This document shows positions 53,045 to 64,000 of a DNA stretch of 64,000 nucleotides, in pieces (the stretch's first letter is position 1; the number at the start of each line of letters is the position of its first letter). The translations under genes and the position numbers were made by a program. A model generated the notes under the pieces. That model was not told the origin of the DNA. It searched no databases and worked only from the letters and a program-made list of their open reading frames with translations. This DNA is from Azolla caroliniana. Lineage: Eukaryota; Plantae; Polypodiophyta. Location of the stretch: the NCBI GenBank assembly GCA_043228905.1, contig JBHGNT010000009.1:16058001-16122000 (forward strand). Direction: 5' to 3'.

Positions 53045-55683
53045 CACATACAAAAGGAGGAATGATTAAGATACACTAATTAGTGTATAGTTGAGGGTTT
53101 AAGAGATAACCCTAAACCGTTCGCAACACTCTTGTGCAATGACATTGCCCCCATTGGATTAAAGAAATTATGTTTTCTTAACTCATTCATGCCTTCTTGA
53201 GGCATTTCAACATTGCATGTTTTAAAAATTTTGAGATATTTTCATCTTGGAATCGACCAAATATCTCGACCATTTTCTCTATCATGTGTTGCACCACATC
53301 CATTATTTCTTTCTTGCATCATATGCTTCATTTTTTTTTTATCATCATTGCAAAATGTTCGTTGTGCATCACCATCCTCCCCGACCACTCTTTCATTGCA
53401 AATATTAACCCCCCAATATTGGCCCCGATACAAGGAGAAAAAATGCCAAAACTTATCCAATCAAATCTCACTACCCCCACGAGCCTTCGCTCACACAAGT
53501 TAGATGTTGAGGTAGCATCGTGGCCTCATCACCCAAATATGAAGATATGCAATGTACGCAATGAAAACCTAGTGAGATGAATATCACTTACTTACTATAT
53601 GCTCAATGTATAAGGTAATTTGTGAGAAATATGATGACTTGTTAGACAGGCACGATAATGTGAGAGTGTTGTACTCAAATTTCCACCAATAAGGGTCACC
53701 ACATTTGTGCTTGCATTATTTGCATATCGAGAAATTTTACAACAAAGTAGTAACCCCCATGTTAGGAAGGAGTCATGTACAAGATGAGATGTTGATTTGG
53801 TTCCATAGGTTAAATTTGGCATCATCATGGACGATAAAATATCTATTCTATTTTGGTCAAGTTCAACAAAGACATGGTGGAAATACGTTTGTATATGAAT
53901 GTTAAGCAAGGCCATAAAAAACGGACATGAACCAAGCAAGATGACTTGGTTGTTGCCGTTATTGATGAAGAGTTGTGGGAGATGATAGTTGTGATGAGAT
54001 ACGTCGTTGGTCTTCTTAAAGTTGTAATATGGTCCAAATCAGTGGGGAATATGCATAGTGGAATATGAAAATGTATATGAGATTACACAATCACACTCGT
54101 GTGTAAGTGTGTGAATGTGTAAACTAACTATTATTATGTGAATAAATGAGTTAGTGCATGTGTTTTTCACATTAATATGTATATGTGTGTTTGTGTTTTA
54201 ATGCACCCACATGCATTTGAGTACATTCATAGTTGTGCTTGTAAATGTGTGTGCTAATGTGTAACTTTATGTGACATCCTATGTATGCATGGGAATGTGC
54301 CAGTGTTGTTGTGTTTTACGTGTATGTGCGCACATGTTTTATATGTAATTGTATGTATGTGAGTGTATATCTGCAATTGCGTGTAAAAGAAATTATGTGT
54401 GCATGTGTTTATGTGTAATTGTATGCTTTAAATATGAGTTTTAATATAGTTATATGTGTTTGTGTAATTTTTATAAACAACGAAAGGGGGGTGTTACTTT
54501 AGGCTTAAATTTGATGGCATAATTCATTGGAAATTGAGGGGTATTTGGGGAACATAAAGCTCCCCTCCCCCACACACGAGAGTAGGCCCTAGGGTCATGA
54601 CCACAAGTTTTAGGTTTGGCATTGCGTGCCAGTTCCCGACGTTGAACTAATGTGATGGTGGCAACACTTGTTGTATCATATGGGGAGCAATTGGCAAGTT
54701 ACTCTACTCCATCTTCTTTGTTGACCTTTGTCGAGCCATAGATAAGCATCAGCCACCCCCTAATGAACACCATAGGTATGAACAATGGACCTATGAACAA
54801 AATGGCGGAACACCTAGGTATGAACAAAGAACCTAGGGACAATTGAAGATCCCTAGGGACAATTATGAGGTTCGTAGGTCCAAACAAAGGACAAATGGGT
54901 ATTTTTTTGCATAACTTTCTTTCTTGTAGTAATTCCACTCTCTAAAATTTTAGGGAAATAAGACCAAATTTTTACAAATAGTTAAACATGTTACATTGAG
55001 TGTTAGACATTAAGATAAAAATAAGGGGAGGATATCCTTGAGTTTTGGCATGGTGAGTCTACAATTGACAACAAATTGCTTTGATCGTCATTGTACTCCT
55101 ATTTGTCCTCACAATTTGTTATCTTGTGAGTTGAATAATTAATGTTCACACCCATGCATTTGAATTCTGAAAACAATGAAAACGACATAATTTTCTAGCT
55201 CCGCATCAGATAAAAATAGTGGCATCTCTTTTAGTGCCCATGACTACTTTTTCTTTTAGCACATGCTTGATCTTATCCATGCATGGACACCTTATGGTAG
55301 CAATTTTTTTGATGATGTGCTCATATTTCTCCCTTGGTTCATCGTCATTTCTTGTGCATTTGTCACATGTCATTTTCCCTCATTGTCCTTAACATTGTAA
55401 ACTTAATCTTGACTTTTTCAGTTGATCGTCACTTCAATCAAAGTCCTAATTTACAGCAAAACATGAGATTTAGCTACATTTTTCCCTTCGTACATGCCAT
55501 ATTACACGATAGTGTGAGAATTTTGACATGAGGGGCATATGTGGAACAAATTTGTCTTAGCATTTGGATGACATAGTAATTGGAGGAAGTCTCACCTCAT
55601 CTCTTGTATTGAGAGAGATTTAAAATGTCTAGGATAGTAGGAATCTATGGTTGGAAAAGGTTCTACTTTTTTTATATTTGGAG

Positions 55684-55958
55684 CATAGTACGTAATATTC
55701 GTGTTCATTAGCCCAAACATTCGTTTTCATACGTATGCTGCATGCAAACGAATGCGTATGTTATTAAAACATTCTTGTGTTTTTTTTTTTATTACACTTT
55801 TTACCTTAACTTTCTTACCCTATAAAAAAATTATCTTATGATAAATAATGAGTGCAAAAGTATGGTATTTACCATACTTATAGGGTGTTTTTCTTACGCG
55901 AATGATAAGAATGTTCGCGAATGCGAATGCACAAATGGTGCGTATGCTTCGTACTATG
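55684..55958. mobile_element. hAT-type MITE (275 bp)
   Basis: TIR CATAGTACG / CGTACTATG and perfect 8-bp TSD ATTTGGAG (55676-55683 / 55959-55966); subterminal cgaat/attcg motifs. Confidence 0.88.
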
Positions 55959-57565
55959 ATTTGGAGTATCTATTGGGAGTGAATATTAAGAATGCTAAAT
56001 AAATTAAATGGACGACTGGCAAGTTGAGGGATGGATACATGTATTGTAAGTCACAATCTTGGCCATTTCGTGTGTGTTTTAAAGATGTATAATGTATTAT
56101 GGAACCCATATTGGATTATATCTATTGTCATTGTGACCATGGACCAAGAAGGCTTTGTATTCTATTTTGCAACCTCTTCGATATTTGTTATGGAGAAACA
56201 AGGACAAAATGGGAATCCGTAGGTGGGGAGGAAGGGGGACAATATCAAACTTATCTACACATAAGACTCATAGATTTTGTCATTATTGCAAGATGTGTTT
56301 CACACTCACAACTGTGGATATCAATTCTCCAATATTTCATTAAGAAAGTAGGTGTAACACATATGAGGACAATAATTAAGGTGGCAAATACTTAATTGAA
56401 GTGCTCCACTCAAAAAAATTCATTCTTCATGTGCTCAACACTTGGTTGTTAGGTACTCTCCTTGATTTTTGGGCCATCATCTAAACAAGGGCATTGTTAC
56501 CTATGTCTTTTCATTAATTATGTTACCATAGAAATGAGAAATTGTGCTCTCAATTGGATCGCGGTTTTTTAGGGTTCAAAGGAGTGGGATGTAGTTGATG
56601 GTCAATCTTAGAGAAATTTTGGATTTTGTTAACACGCCACAACAACAATGCATCCTACCAAATTATGGGTGTATTCAGTAGCAACTACAATTGATAACCT
56701 TGATGCAACGTCGTTTACCTATATAAATTGAAGAGCAACCATGGATAGATTGGTGTTTACAAGATTAGACTCAATAATTAAAAGTGACTATTAATCTCTT
56801 GTACCAATGCTCAATTGAGTCTCCCCGATGGCTATCTTCTAAATATGAACAAGAATAAAAGGTACATAACTTTGATTATGAATTGTTGCAAATCCTCAAA
56901 CATAGTTTGCATTCTCAATTGTCACTTGTAGCAAAGGTCTTCAATTGGAGATTGTTTGTTGATAAGGGGTTTTACCTTTGGGATTAGTCAAACATGGACT
57001 AGCAATAGGCAAAGTTTCTTTTGCATTGTTCAAGTGGGAGATAGTACCTCATCACTTCATATAACGTTCAATTGCTTGTTGGATTTGGGGTGATCTTTTT
57101 CAAATTTGGCCAATAAGCATTCACATAACCCAACCCGAACAGTAGTGATGGAGTTCATTTTCCTCTTTTTGAGATATTGGGTATTGCATCATAGTTAGAG
57201 TATGCACAACGCTTTTATGTTTGATTTAAGGCATGAAGTCCAAGCATTTCTTGCCTATTGTCAAATCAACACGTCCCACTACCCATATCGAGGGACACCA
57301 CTTAATTTTATTGGATGTTTCCACCAAAAAACAAGAGTTTCTTTGGATTAATTATCAGAATCTTGAGATCTTTGATCTCATAAAAATAATCTTTTTAGTT
57401 GATCTCATTAGACTAAAGCGGATTTTTTGCTTTCTTCTCTCCTAAGAAGATAATAGATTACATCTTTAATCCTAGCAAGTTTCCTTCTTGTATTTGGAAT
57501 GTTGCAACTAGTGTTCCAAGATGAAACAATTGAAGAAATGTTTTATCAAATCTAGACATCATCCC

Positions 57566-57752
57566 AAGTCATTTGCAACTAGACTACCACTAAATTTCAT
57601 GTATAACCTTAGTATGTGCCAACCTTGGATTAGTTTCTAAAAATACCAGAAGAACATTAAGTCATTTGCAACTAGACTACCACTCAATTTCATGTATAAC
57701 CTTAGTATGTGCTACCCTTGGGATTAGTTTCTAAAAATACCAGAAGAACATT
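57566..57752. repeat. ~93-bp tandem duplication
   Basis: aagtcatttgcaactagactaccact...ccagaagaacatt present twice. Confidence 0.9.
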
Positions 57753-58596
57753 TCAAACATTTTGTATGAATCATCATAATACAGCAGATACACAAACCCA
57801 TACCACATTGTTGGAGAAAGTCTTGTTTCCTCTATTATGTTGGATACTTTCTCAATCTATATATATAGATTAGATATATAGATACACGAAACACATAAAC
57901 ATCACTTCTATACATGACTAAACGGCTTATCACTTCATAAGAAGCAGAAAAATAACCTAAACTTGAATGAGAGCTTTGCACAAATTGAAAACAGTTGTCC
58001 AGAAAACCCTATTGCACATGCCTGGCCTGTCTCTAGTATCTACCAGAATATCTTGGGTTTGACAATCTCCAATGAACGCCATTCAGCAAGCTAATAGAAT
58101 GACACCATTATCACTCTTCTGAATTGTGCTCTACAGGTATTCTTCACACAGGCACTGCTTTCTGCAATCTCCAAGGTATAATAATTGTTTGGTACACTTT
58201 CTATTGATACTAAGTCATGCTTCAAGGCTGCAGATATAAATCCACCTTTCAAGCAATTGATTCAAAGCTCCACTGAGAAAACGCCTCACTATGATCTTCA
58301 TTGTTCATCACATGAAGATGTATAATTCACAAAGTAGATTGCCAAAAACCTTGCTGGAACAATCCAATTGATCAAGGATTCATGGACACAACAGCCTCAC
58401 TAAACATTCAAGAGTCAATTAACATAAAATAGTTGTGACAGAAACACATTCTATAATAACACAACAAAATGAACTTTCAAATGCTGGATTATCTTCACTT
58501 ACACTACAAAAATTTGCAATAAATACTCAATTATCGATGTCCAGAACATTTTTAGTCAATTCTTCAATACTAAAAAAAAAATCTCTTCTGGTTCAC

Positions 58597-60235
58597 TCAG
58601 TCTTTCAGTGCATACTTCCTCTTGGGGAAATAGGTATCCTTCTTCTTTTGCTTCTCAGTCTTCATGCTTGCCTGAAGAATAAAACAGATACATAATTGAT
58701 TGTAAAAAAGTGGAGGAGGAGGAAGAGATTACTGAAAGACAGACAAAGAGGAAAGACAGACAAAGAGGGATAGTGTATTCACCTGGTGCTTGGTTAAGCG
58801 TCTTCTAATAGCTCTTGTCTTCTTTGGACGCAGATCTAGAGGGAGCAATTTAGCTTTCTTGTAGGCTTCCCTGAGGGCTGCCTTCTGGTTTTGAGAAAGC
58901 ACTGTCAGAACCTGAGCTATGGAGAGCCTCACAACCTTGCTGCAAGAAAGTAGTGTAAGCACGAGCACTATAAAATGAAATCATCTAAAAGTTCACTTTA
59001 CCTACATTTTCATGATATACAGATCTATCAGCAAACACAGCTTATAAAAACTGTATTACACTTAGATTCATTAATGAGATATGGAAGTCATGAGCAAACA
59101 CTGCTCATCAAGCAGCACATTACGAAGGAATAGTCTACAAACACTACTTTGGAGATGCTACATGTTTTAACTTCACAGATGAGAAATTGATATCCACCAG
59201 CATACGTTTCCATCAAGCAACCGATTGATGGCAATGATTTATAAACATGAGGAAGCATTGCTTGAGCACTACTAGGTGAAGTTTCAGCTTTGTTATTGGA
59301 AAACACAGTTCATCAAGTAAATGACTCTACAGCCAAGTTTCAGCTTTGTTATTGGAAAACACAGTTCATCAAGCAAATGACTCTACAGCCACCTTCAAAA
59401 GGCCAATTAAATATCTTTTCCCTGCCATACTAACATGTATTCATAGACTTCTCATTGAAACATTGTTAAAACCATTATTAGAAGTCTTTTCCGGCCTAGA
59501 CTCGAGGCAATCCGTGAAACAGCGAAGGTGATAAATGCTTCCAAAACTGAAACTCATTTTAAGGTTTTCCCTGGTTCTTAAGTCTCTCTAAACACGAGCT
59601 ACATATACGAGGAGAAGAATGAAGGGCATTTGGTCGTTACTTACATCTTCGAAAGCTTGTTAGGAGCACCACCGGTAACCTTAGCCACTCTTAGAAGTGC
59701 CAACTCCGCCTTGAGCTCCTTCAATTGACCTTGAAGCTCGACCTTGCTCTTGGACCGAAGCTCGTGAACCTTGACCTTGGCTGTGCGAAAGAAAGAAGAA
59801 AGGAAAAGTGTCATTTTCCACAGAAACTATCAAAATCCCGTCTTACGAAGACGAGATTTCCTCCATCGGATGAAACAGAAAATACAAACAATCACTACGT
59901 TGAAAGCAGATATAAACAAAATGCATGATGAAGAGAAACTATGAGGGAGGGAAGAGGGCCAGATGAGCAAAGAAATGGATAGCATCACCAAAACGCCGGT
60001 ACAAAAATGAAAACCCTGACAATTTTCATCAGGCGAAGAAGAAAAACAATCAATTCTCTATGTTGCATTATTCAAGAGAACAATCGGACAGGCTGTGATC
60101 TTCAAGATTCACTGAGAGAGAGAGAGATGGAGATGCTAAATCAGTCCATAAGAGTTACAAAAAACGAGGGACAAGAGGAACAGAGGAACAGAGATGCTGA
60201 AGTGAAGAGAAACTGAAAAAAGCTTACTTACCCAT
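58597..60235 (-). CDS. RPL35: 60S ribosomal protein L35 (uL29); 4 coding exons, 123 aa
   Basis: Exons 60232-60235 (ATGG), 59645-59780, 58783-58939 and 58597-58671, all GT-AG, 372 nt. Protein [14 protein letters not shown]...[28 protein letters not shown]...[18 protein letters not shown]...RKYALKD. Confidence 0.97.
59281..59392. repeat. 56-bp tandem duplication in RPL35 intron 2
   Basis: gtttcagctttgttattggaaaacacagttcatcaag..ctacagcca present twice. Confidence 0.9.
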
Positions 60236-60338
60236 GGAGATGGCGATGGAGAAACGAAGCGATCGATGAAGAGAGAAGGAAGGAAGGAAGGAAGGAAGGA
60301 AGATGGTTCTCTGCGAAGACTTTGAGGCTTTAAGGGAA

Positions 60339-60347
60339 TTAGGGTTT
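60339..60347 (-). promoter_or_regulatory. Telo-box upstream of RPL35
   Basis: AAACCCTAA about 105 nt upstream of the ATG, typical of plant ribosomal protein genes. Confidence 0.7.
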
Positions 60348-60427
60348 CAGACGACTGGTTACCGGCTGCAGCCAGTAACCAACCTTCTTAACGCTTTCAC
60401 CAGCGATAATAAGAGGCCATTCCCACG

Positions 60428-60550
60428 TAATATATATATATATATATATATTATGTATGTATGTATGTATGTATGTATGTATGTATACGCACCTCTATGT
60501 ATGTATGTATGTATTTACGCATGCATGTATGTATGTACGTATGTATGTAT
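60428..60550. repeat. (TA)n / (TATG)n microsatellite
   Basis: Read directly from the sequence. Confidence 0.9.
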
Positions 60551-60980
60551 TGCTTGCAATTTGTGAGCCAAAACTATGTTTTGTGGAGTTTGGTTTGGAA
60601 GGTGTACGTTAACTATTTGTTGGGTGCTATTTGAATCACACAAAGACAAACGCGCAATGTCGACCAACATTTGCACTCTTTGTATGCTTTCCTATTGCTC
60701 TCGAATCAATGTTTTCATATTTCCTTGTGAATTGGCATGTCATGCAACGAGGAATGTGCTCAGGCTCGCTCACAGCAGATGACTAATTGAGCTTACTTGG
60801 AATTGCAAGTAGTATAATGATAGAATGTAAACCACGAACATGTTTATAGAATGTGTTCCTTCCCCATCCGTTTCCATTTGACATGTTAGCCATCATAGCA
60901 ACAGTGATTGCATCAAGAAACCTAGAATCATTGATTACTCATGAAACTATTTCACCTACCATCAAAATCAATGTGCATAA

Positions 60981-62180
60981 TGTTACAAGCGTAACCATAA
61001 CTTATCTTGTGTAGTTTTTTGTGCACAGGGATAAGGGTGTGAGGGTTAATAGAGAATATAAAGAAGGGAGGACTACTTTTAATCCTATGGATTGAGAGAA
61101 CCCCTAAGGGCCAAGTATGACCTTGCATGGAGAACTTAGGTTTGGCTATAAATGTGAAGCCCAACTAACTTCATTGGGGGATCATTCACTTATGTTGAGA
61201 TTGTGATCTTGTGTGAATAAACTCTTGTGGTGAGAACATCCGAGCAAATTTCGAATGTTTCTTGTTGGGTGGATCAACACCCTTCTTTCTCTATGTGTCT
61301 CTTTCTCTTTGGGTGGATATATCCATGACAATTGGTATCCGAGCGAGTTTCTAATGTTTCTTTTGTTGATTTTTTTTTTCTAATGATGATTATCTATCTA
61401 TCATTCAAGGGCCGTATCCACGAAATATGTCAACAAATAAACTTCAATATTTCCGTTCCATTCATCAACACTTTTTCTTTTTGTTATGTTCTTTCTTCTC
61501 TCTTGGTTATACATGTTGAACTCATTATTCTTATTAAATAATGTTTCGTTGGTCATATTTTATGCATTTAAATCATATACGCATTGTGTATGTGTATGAG
61601 GTGTATACCTCTATAACGTATTATATACACTGCTACGTTATTCAAAATTCTCAATATACATTATTTGTGTGTGATGTGTGTATCGTATGCGTATGAGGTA
61701 AATACCTCAATTGTGCATTGTGTACACTTATATGGGCGTTGCGTGTGCATAGAATCCAAAGGCCTCAATTGCATATCATAATTACATTGTCACTGGTTTT
61801 TGTCTTCATTTAGGATTCTTTTATGCAAACGTATATGTGATCTTATACATGTCACATACACATGTACTTTTTCTGATGGTGTCCTCTTTAAGGTTTAGGA
61901 TCGCGGTGGTCGTCTTCGCATTTTTATGGGGAAGGTTTGGTCATCATCTTCTTTTAATAAAACATATGTTATTATCCTTTGTCTCCTCAATTGTGCCATA
62001 TGCAATAATGAAACAAGCATGGTCACAATGATGCGCATGCAAGATGCCTTAGACTTTGTCATACACCCATTCGTCATCAATTTGAGGGTGTAAGAGCTCA
62101 ACCCAATTCATATCGGGTTGCCCTTACAAAACCCAAATCAAATATCCCTTACTCATTACTTGATTATGGGGTTACCATAA
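60981..62180 (+). mobile_element. 5' LTR (60981-61330), PBS and leader of a gypsy related to the 35620-46577 element
   Basis: LTR shares aagaaggggagga.tacttttaatcct..gattgaga with the reverse complement of 46128-46577; PBS TGGTATCCGAGC at 61333-61344; leader shares aatacctcaattg motifs. Confidence 0.8.
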
Positions 62181-62929
62181 GACCTAGCAATTAGCAACGG
62201 TTTGGTTTGAATCGAACTGAATTGTGAAACCGCGGGTTAACGACTTAACGGTTTAAACAGTTCAATTCGGTTCGGTCCACGTTAGGTTTTTGTGAATGGT
62301 TTGTGGGAAGATTAGCATGCAGAGGCTAGAATAGACACAATCGGCTTAGCCGGATAGCAACAGAGAACACAGAGAATCAATGGAGAACACACGGAGAATA
62401 TAGAGTGCTTGGGAGAGACAAAGAGAGAGCAGACCACAGAAAGCTCGATTTCTGCCTCGTCTTGGCGTCTTCACGCCTTGCTCATGCTCCTCGACCCGTC
62501 CGGTCCCGCGCACCTCGACCTCCTCGTGAGGCGCATCTCAACTCCCTCGTTATCGTGGCATCAGCGCCCCTCGATCGTCTACGCCTTCATTTTGGTGTCG
62601 GCTTCGGCTGCCCTCTCGTCCGCTCGGCCTTCATGTGATTCGACTCATCCGAATCAACTCATTTGACCGAATAGGCTGTCTCCGATTTGTTCCCGCTCTT
62701 GTCTGAATTGGTTGTCTCCAATTAGTCTTCCTTTTTCAGGCCCTGGACCACATATGCCCATGTCCTGGTTCTGGCCTTTTTCCTTCGGTTGGTTTTGTCC
62801 TTCTTGACTTTGCTGCCTTTGCCACCTGCTCCGATTCTTCTGTATGTGTCGACTTCTTCAGTCGATTCAGCATCTTCTTCGGTTGTCCTCTTGTCCTCAA
62901 CTAGTTCTTTCTCCGGTTCGTCAGCTACT

Positions 62930-63890
62930 CTCCCCCTCAAGTGTGGCACGTCGAGTGTTGGATACCAAGCATCTTCGAGAAGTGTTGCAACTTGTCCGTC
63001 CCAAGCACCATGGTGAAGATATTGGCCACCTTCCAATCGGTTCGAACATACCGAAGTTCGACTTCACCGCTTAGAACCCGCTCGCGCATAAAGTGATAAT
63101 ACACTTCAATTTGCTTCGTGCGAGCATGGAACACAAGGTTCTTGGCCAGCTACATGTTATTGATGTAATCCCAGTAGATCGGAATCGGTGTGGGAACTTC
63201 GACCTCCAAGTCCTACAACAGCCGCCGAAGCCATATAGCCTCACAAGTTGCGACGGTGGTGCCTCTATACTCAACTTCGGTGCTTGATAATGCCATTGTC
63301 GGGTGCTTCTTGCTACTCCAAGCTACTGCAACACTCCTGAGAGAGAACATGAACCTTGATGTCCTCCGTCGATCCGTGGCATCTCGGGTCTAGTCGGCAT
63401 CAATATAGCTGACTAATTGTTCAATTATACCGTATCGGTACAATGGTTCTCGATCCTTCGTGCCGCTCACATATCACAATATTCGAGTCACGCACTGAAG
63501 GTGCTCAACAGTCAGTCTCTGCATGAGCTTACTTATCACACCGACAGGATAGCTAAGGTCAGTTTGGGTGATAGTTAAATATATGAGGCTCCCTACAATT
63601 TGTCGGAACCATTTCTCATCGCAGGTTGCTCTCGAGTCGGGACGTACCTTTATGTTTCTGTCAAGAGGGGTGGAGACGGTTGGCAATCCGTCATGCCAAA
63701 TTTGAACAACATATTCAACAAGTAATGTCATTGAGATAACAATATGTCATCAGGGGTGTGGATCACTTCGATCTCGAGGAAGTAGTGAAGGTCCCCTAGG
63801 CCTTTTATCTCGAATGCGTCCAACAACTTGGATTTTACTCGACTGATTTTAGCAAGGTCGGGTTTGGTGACGACCAGGTCGTCTGCATAT
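62930..63890 (-). mobile_element. Copia RT/RNase H remnant with PPT
   Basis: YADDL, FRQIVGSLIYLTIT, FHARTKQIEVYYHF; PPT at ~62930-62940. Confidence 0.8.
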
Positions 63891-64000
63891 TGATTTGTTC
63901 GTTCTGCTTGGCCGTCTGTTTGTAGGTGGTAGCCGGAGGAGAGGTTACAAGTGACCTTGAGCATTTTAAAGAGGTGCTTCTAGAATTTCTAGACGAACTA
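63890..64000 (-). mobile_element. Integrase fragment of a third Tcn1/Tf-like chromovirus copy (runs off the window)
   Basis: HLFKMLKVTCNLSSGYHLQTDGQAERTNQ is near-identical to copy A at ~13780-13890. Confidence 0.85.

Noticed and set aside
53100-57500. Faint coding-like or retroelement-like traces outside the MITE
   Set aside because: Too decayed to assign a family or boundaries by eye.
59025-59112. Possible intronic box C/D snoRNA in RPL35 (TGATGA...CTGA on the minus strand)
   Set aside because: The C box lacks the purine, the terminal stem is weak and I could not identify an rRNA or snRNA guide; a snoscan/Rfam search would be needed.
62185-62285. AACCG/CGGTT-rich tract resembling a hAT subterminal region
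   Set aside because: No second end or TSD found in the window.

Overview
This is a land-plant nuclear window, most likely a fern or other non-seed plant (inferred from the Tcn1/Tf-like chromoviruses). It holds two intact spliced host genes on the minus strand: a MATH-BTB/POZ (BPM) gene with CDS at 30008-32938 (416 aa) and 60S ribosomal protein L35/uL29 at 58597-60235 (123 aa). Most of the rest is nested LTR retrotransposons: Tnt1/Tork-like copia elements, two full-length Tcn1/Tf-like chromoviruses, other Ty3/gypsy and copia remnants and solo LTRs, plus a hAT-type MITE, a LINE fragment and tandem repeats. The most interesting system is the chromovirus family (12519-18185 and 38789-44132). It has no tRNA primer-binding site (PBS); its PBS is instead complementary to the predicted first 12 nt of its own transcript (Tf1-style self-priming). 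Each LTR also ends in an antisense tRNA-like Pol III A/B-box cassette, and the gag/pol junction carries a -1 frameshift signal. Other notable points are an apparent gag-capsid swap between two copia elements with closely similar pol, and a frameshift signal after the protease in another gypsy family. All coordinates and comparisons were read by eye; no searches were run.
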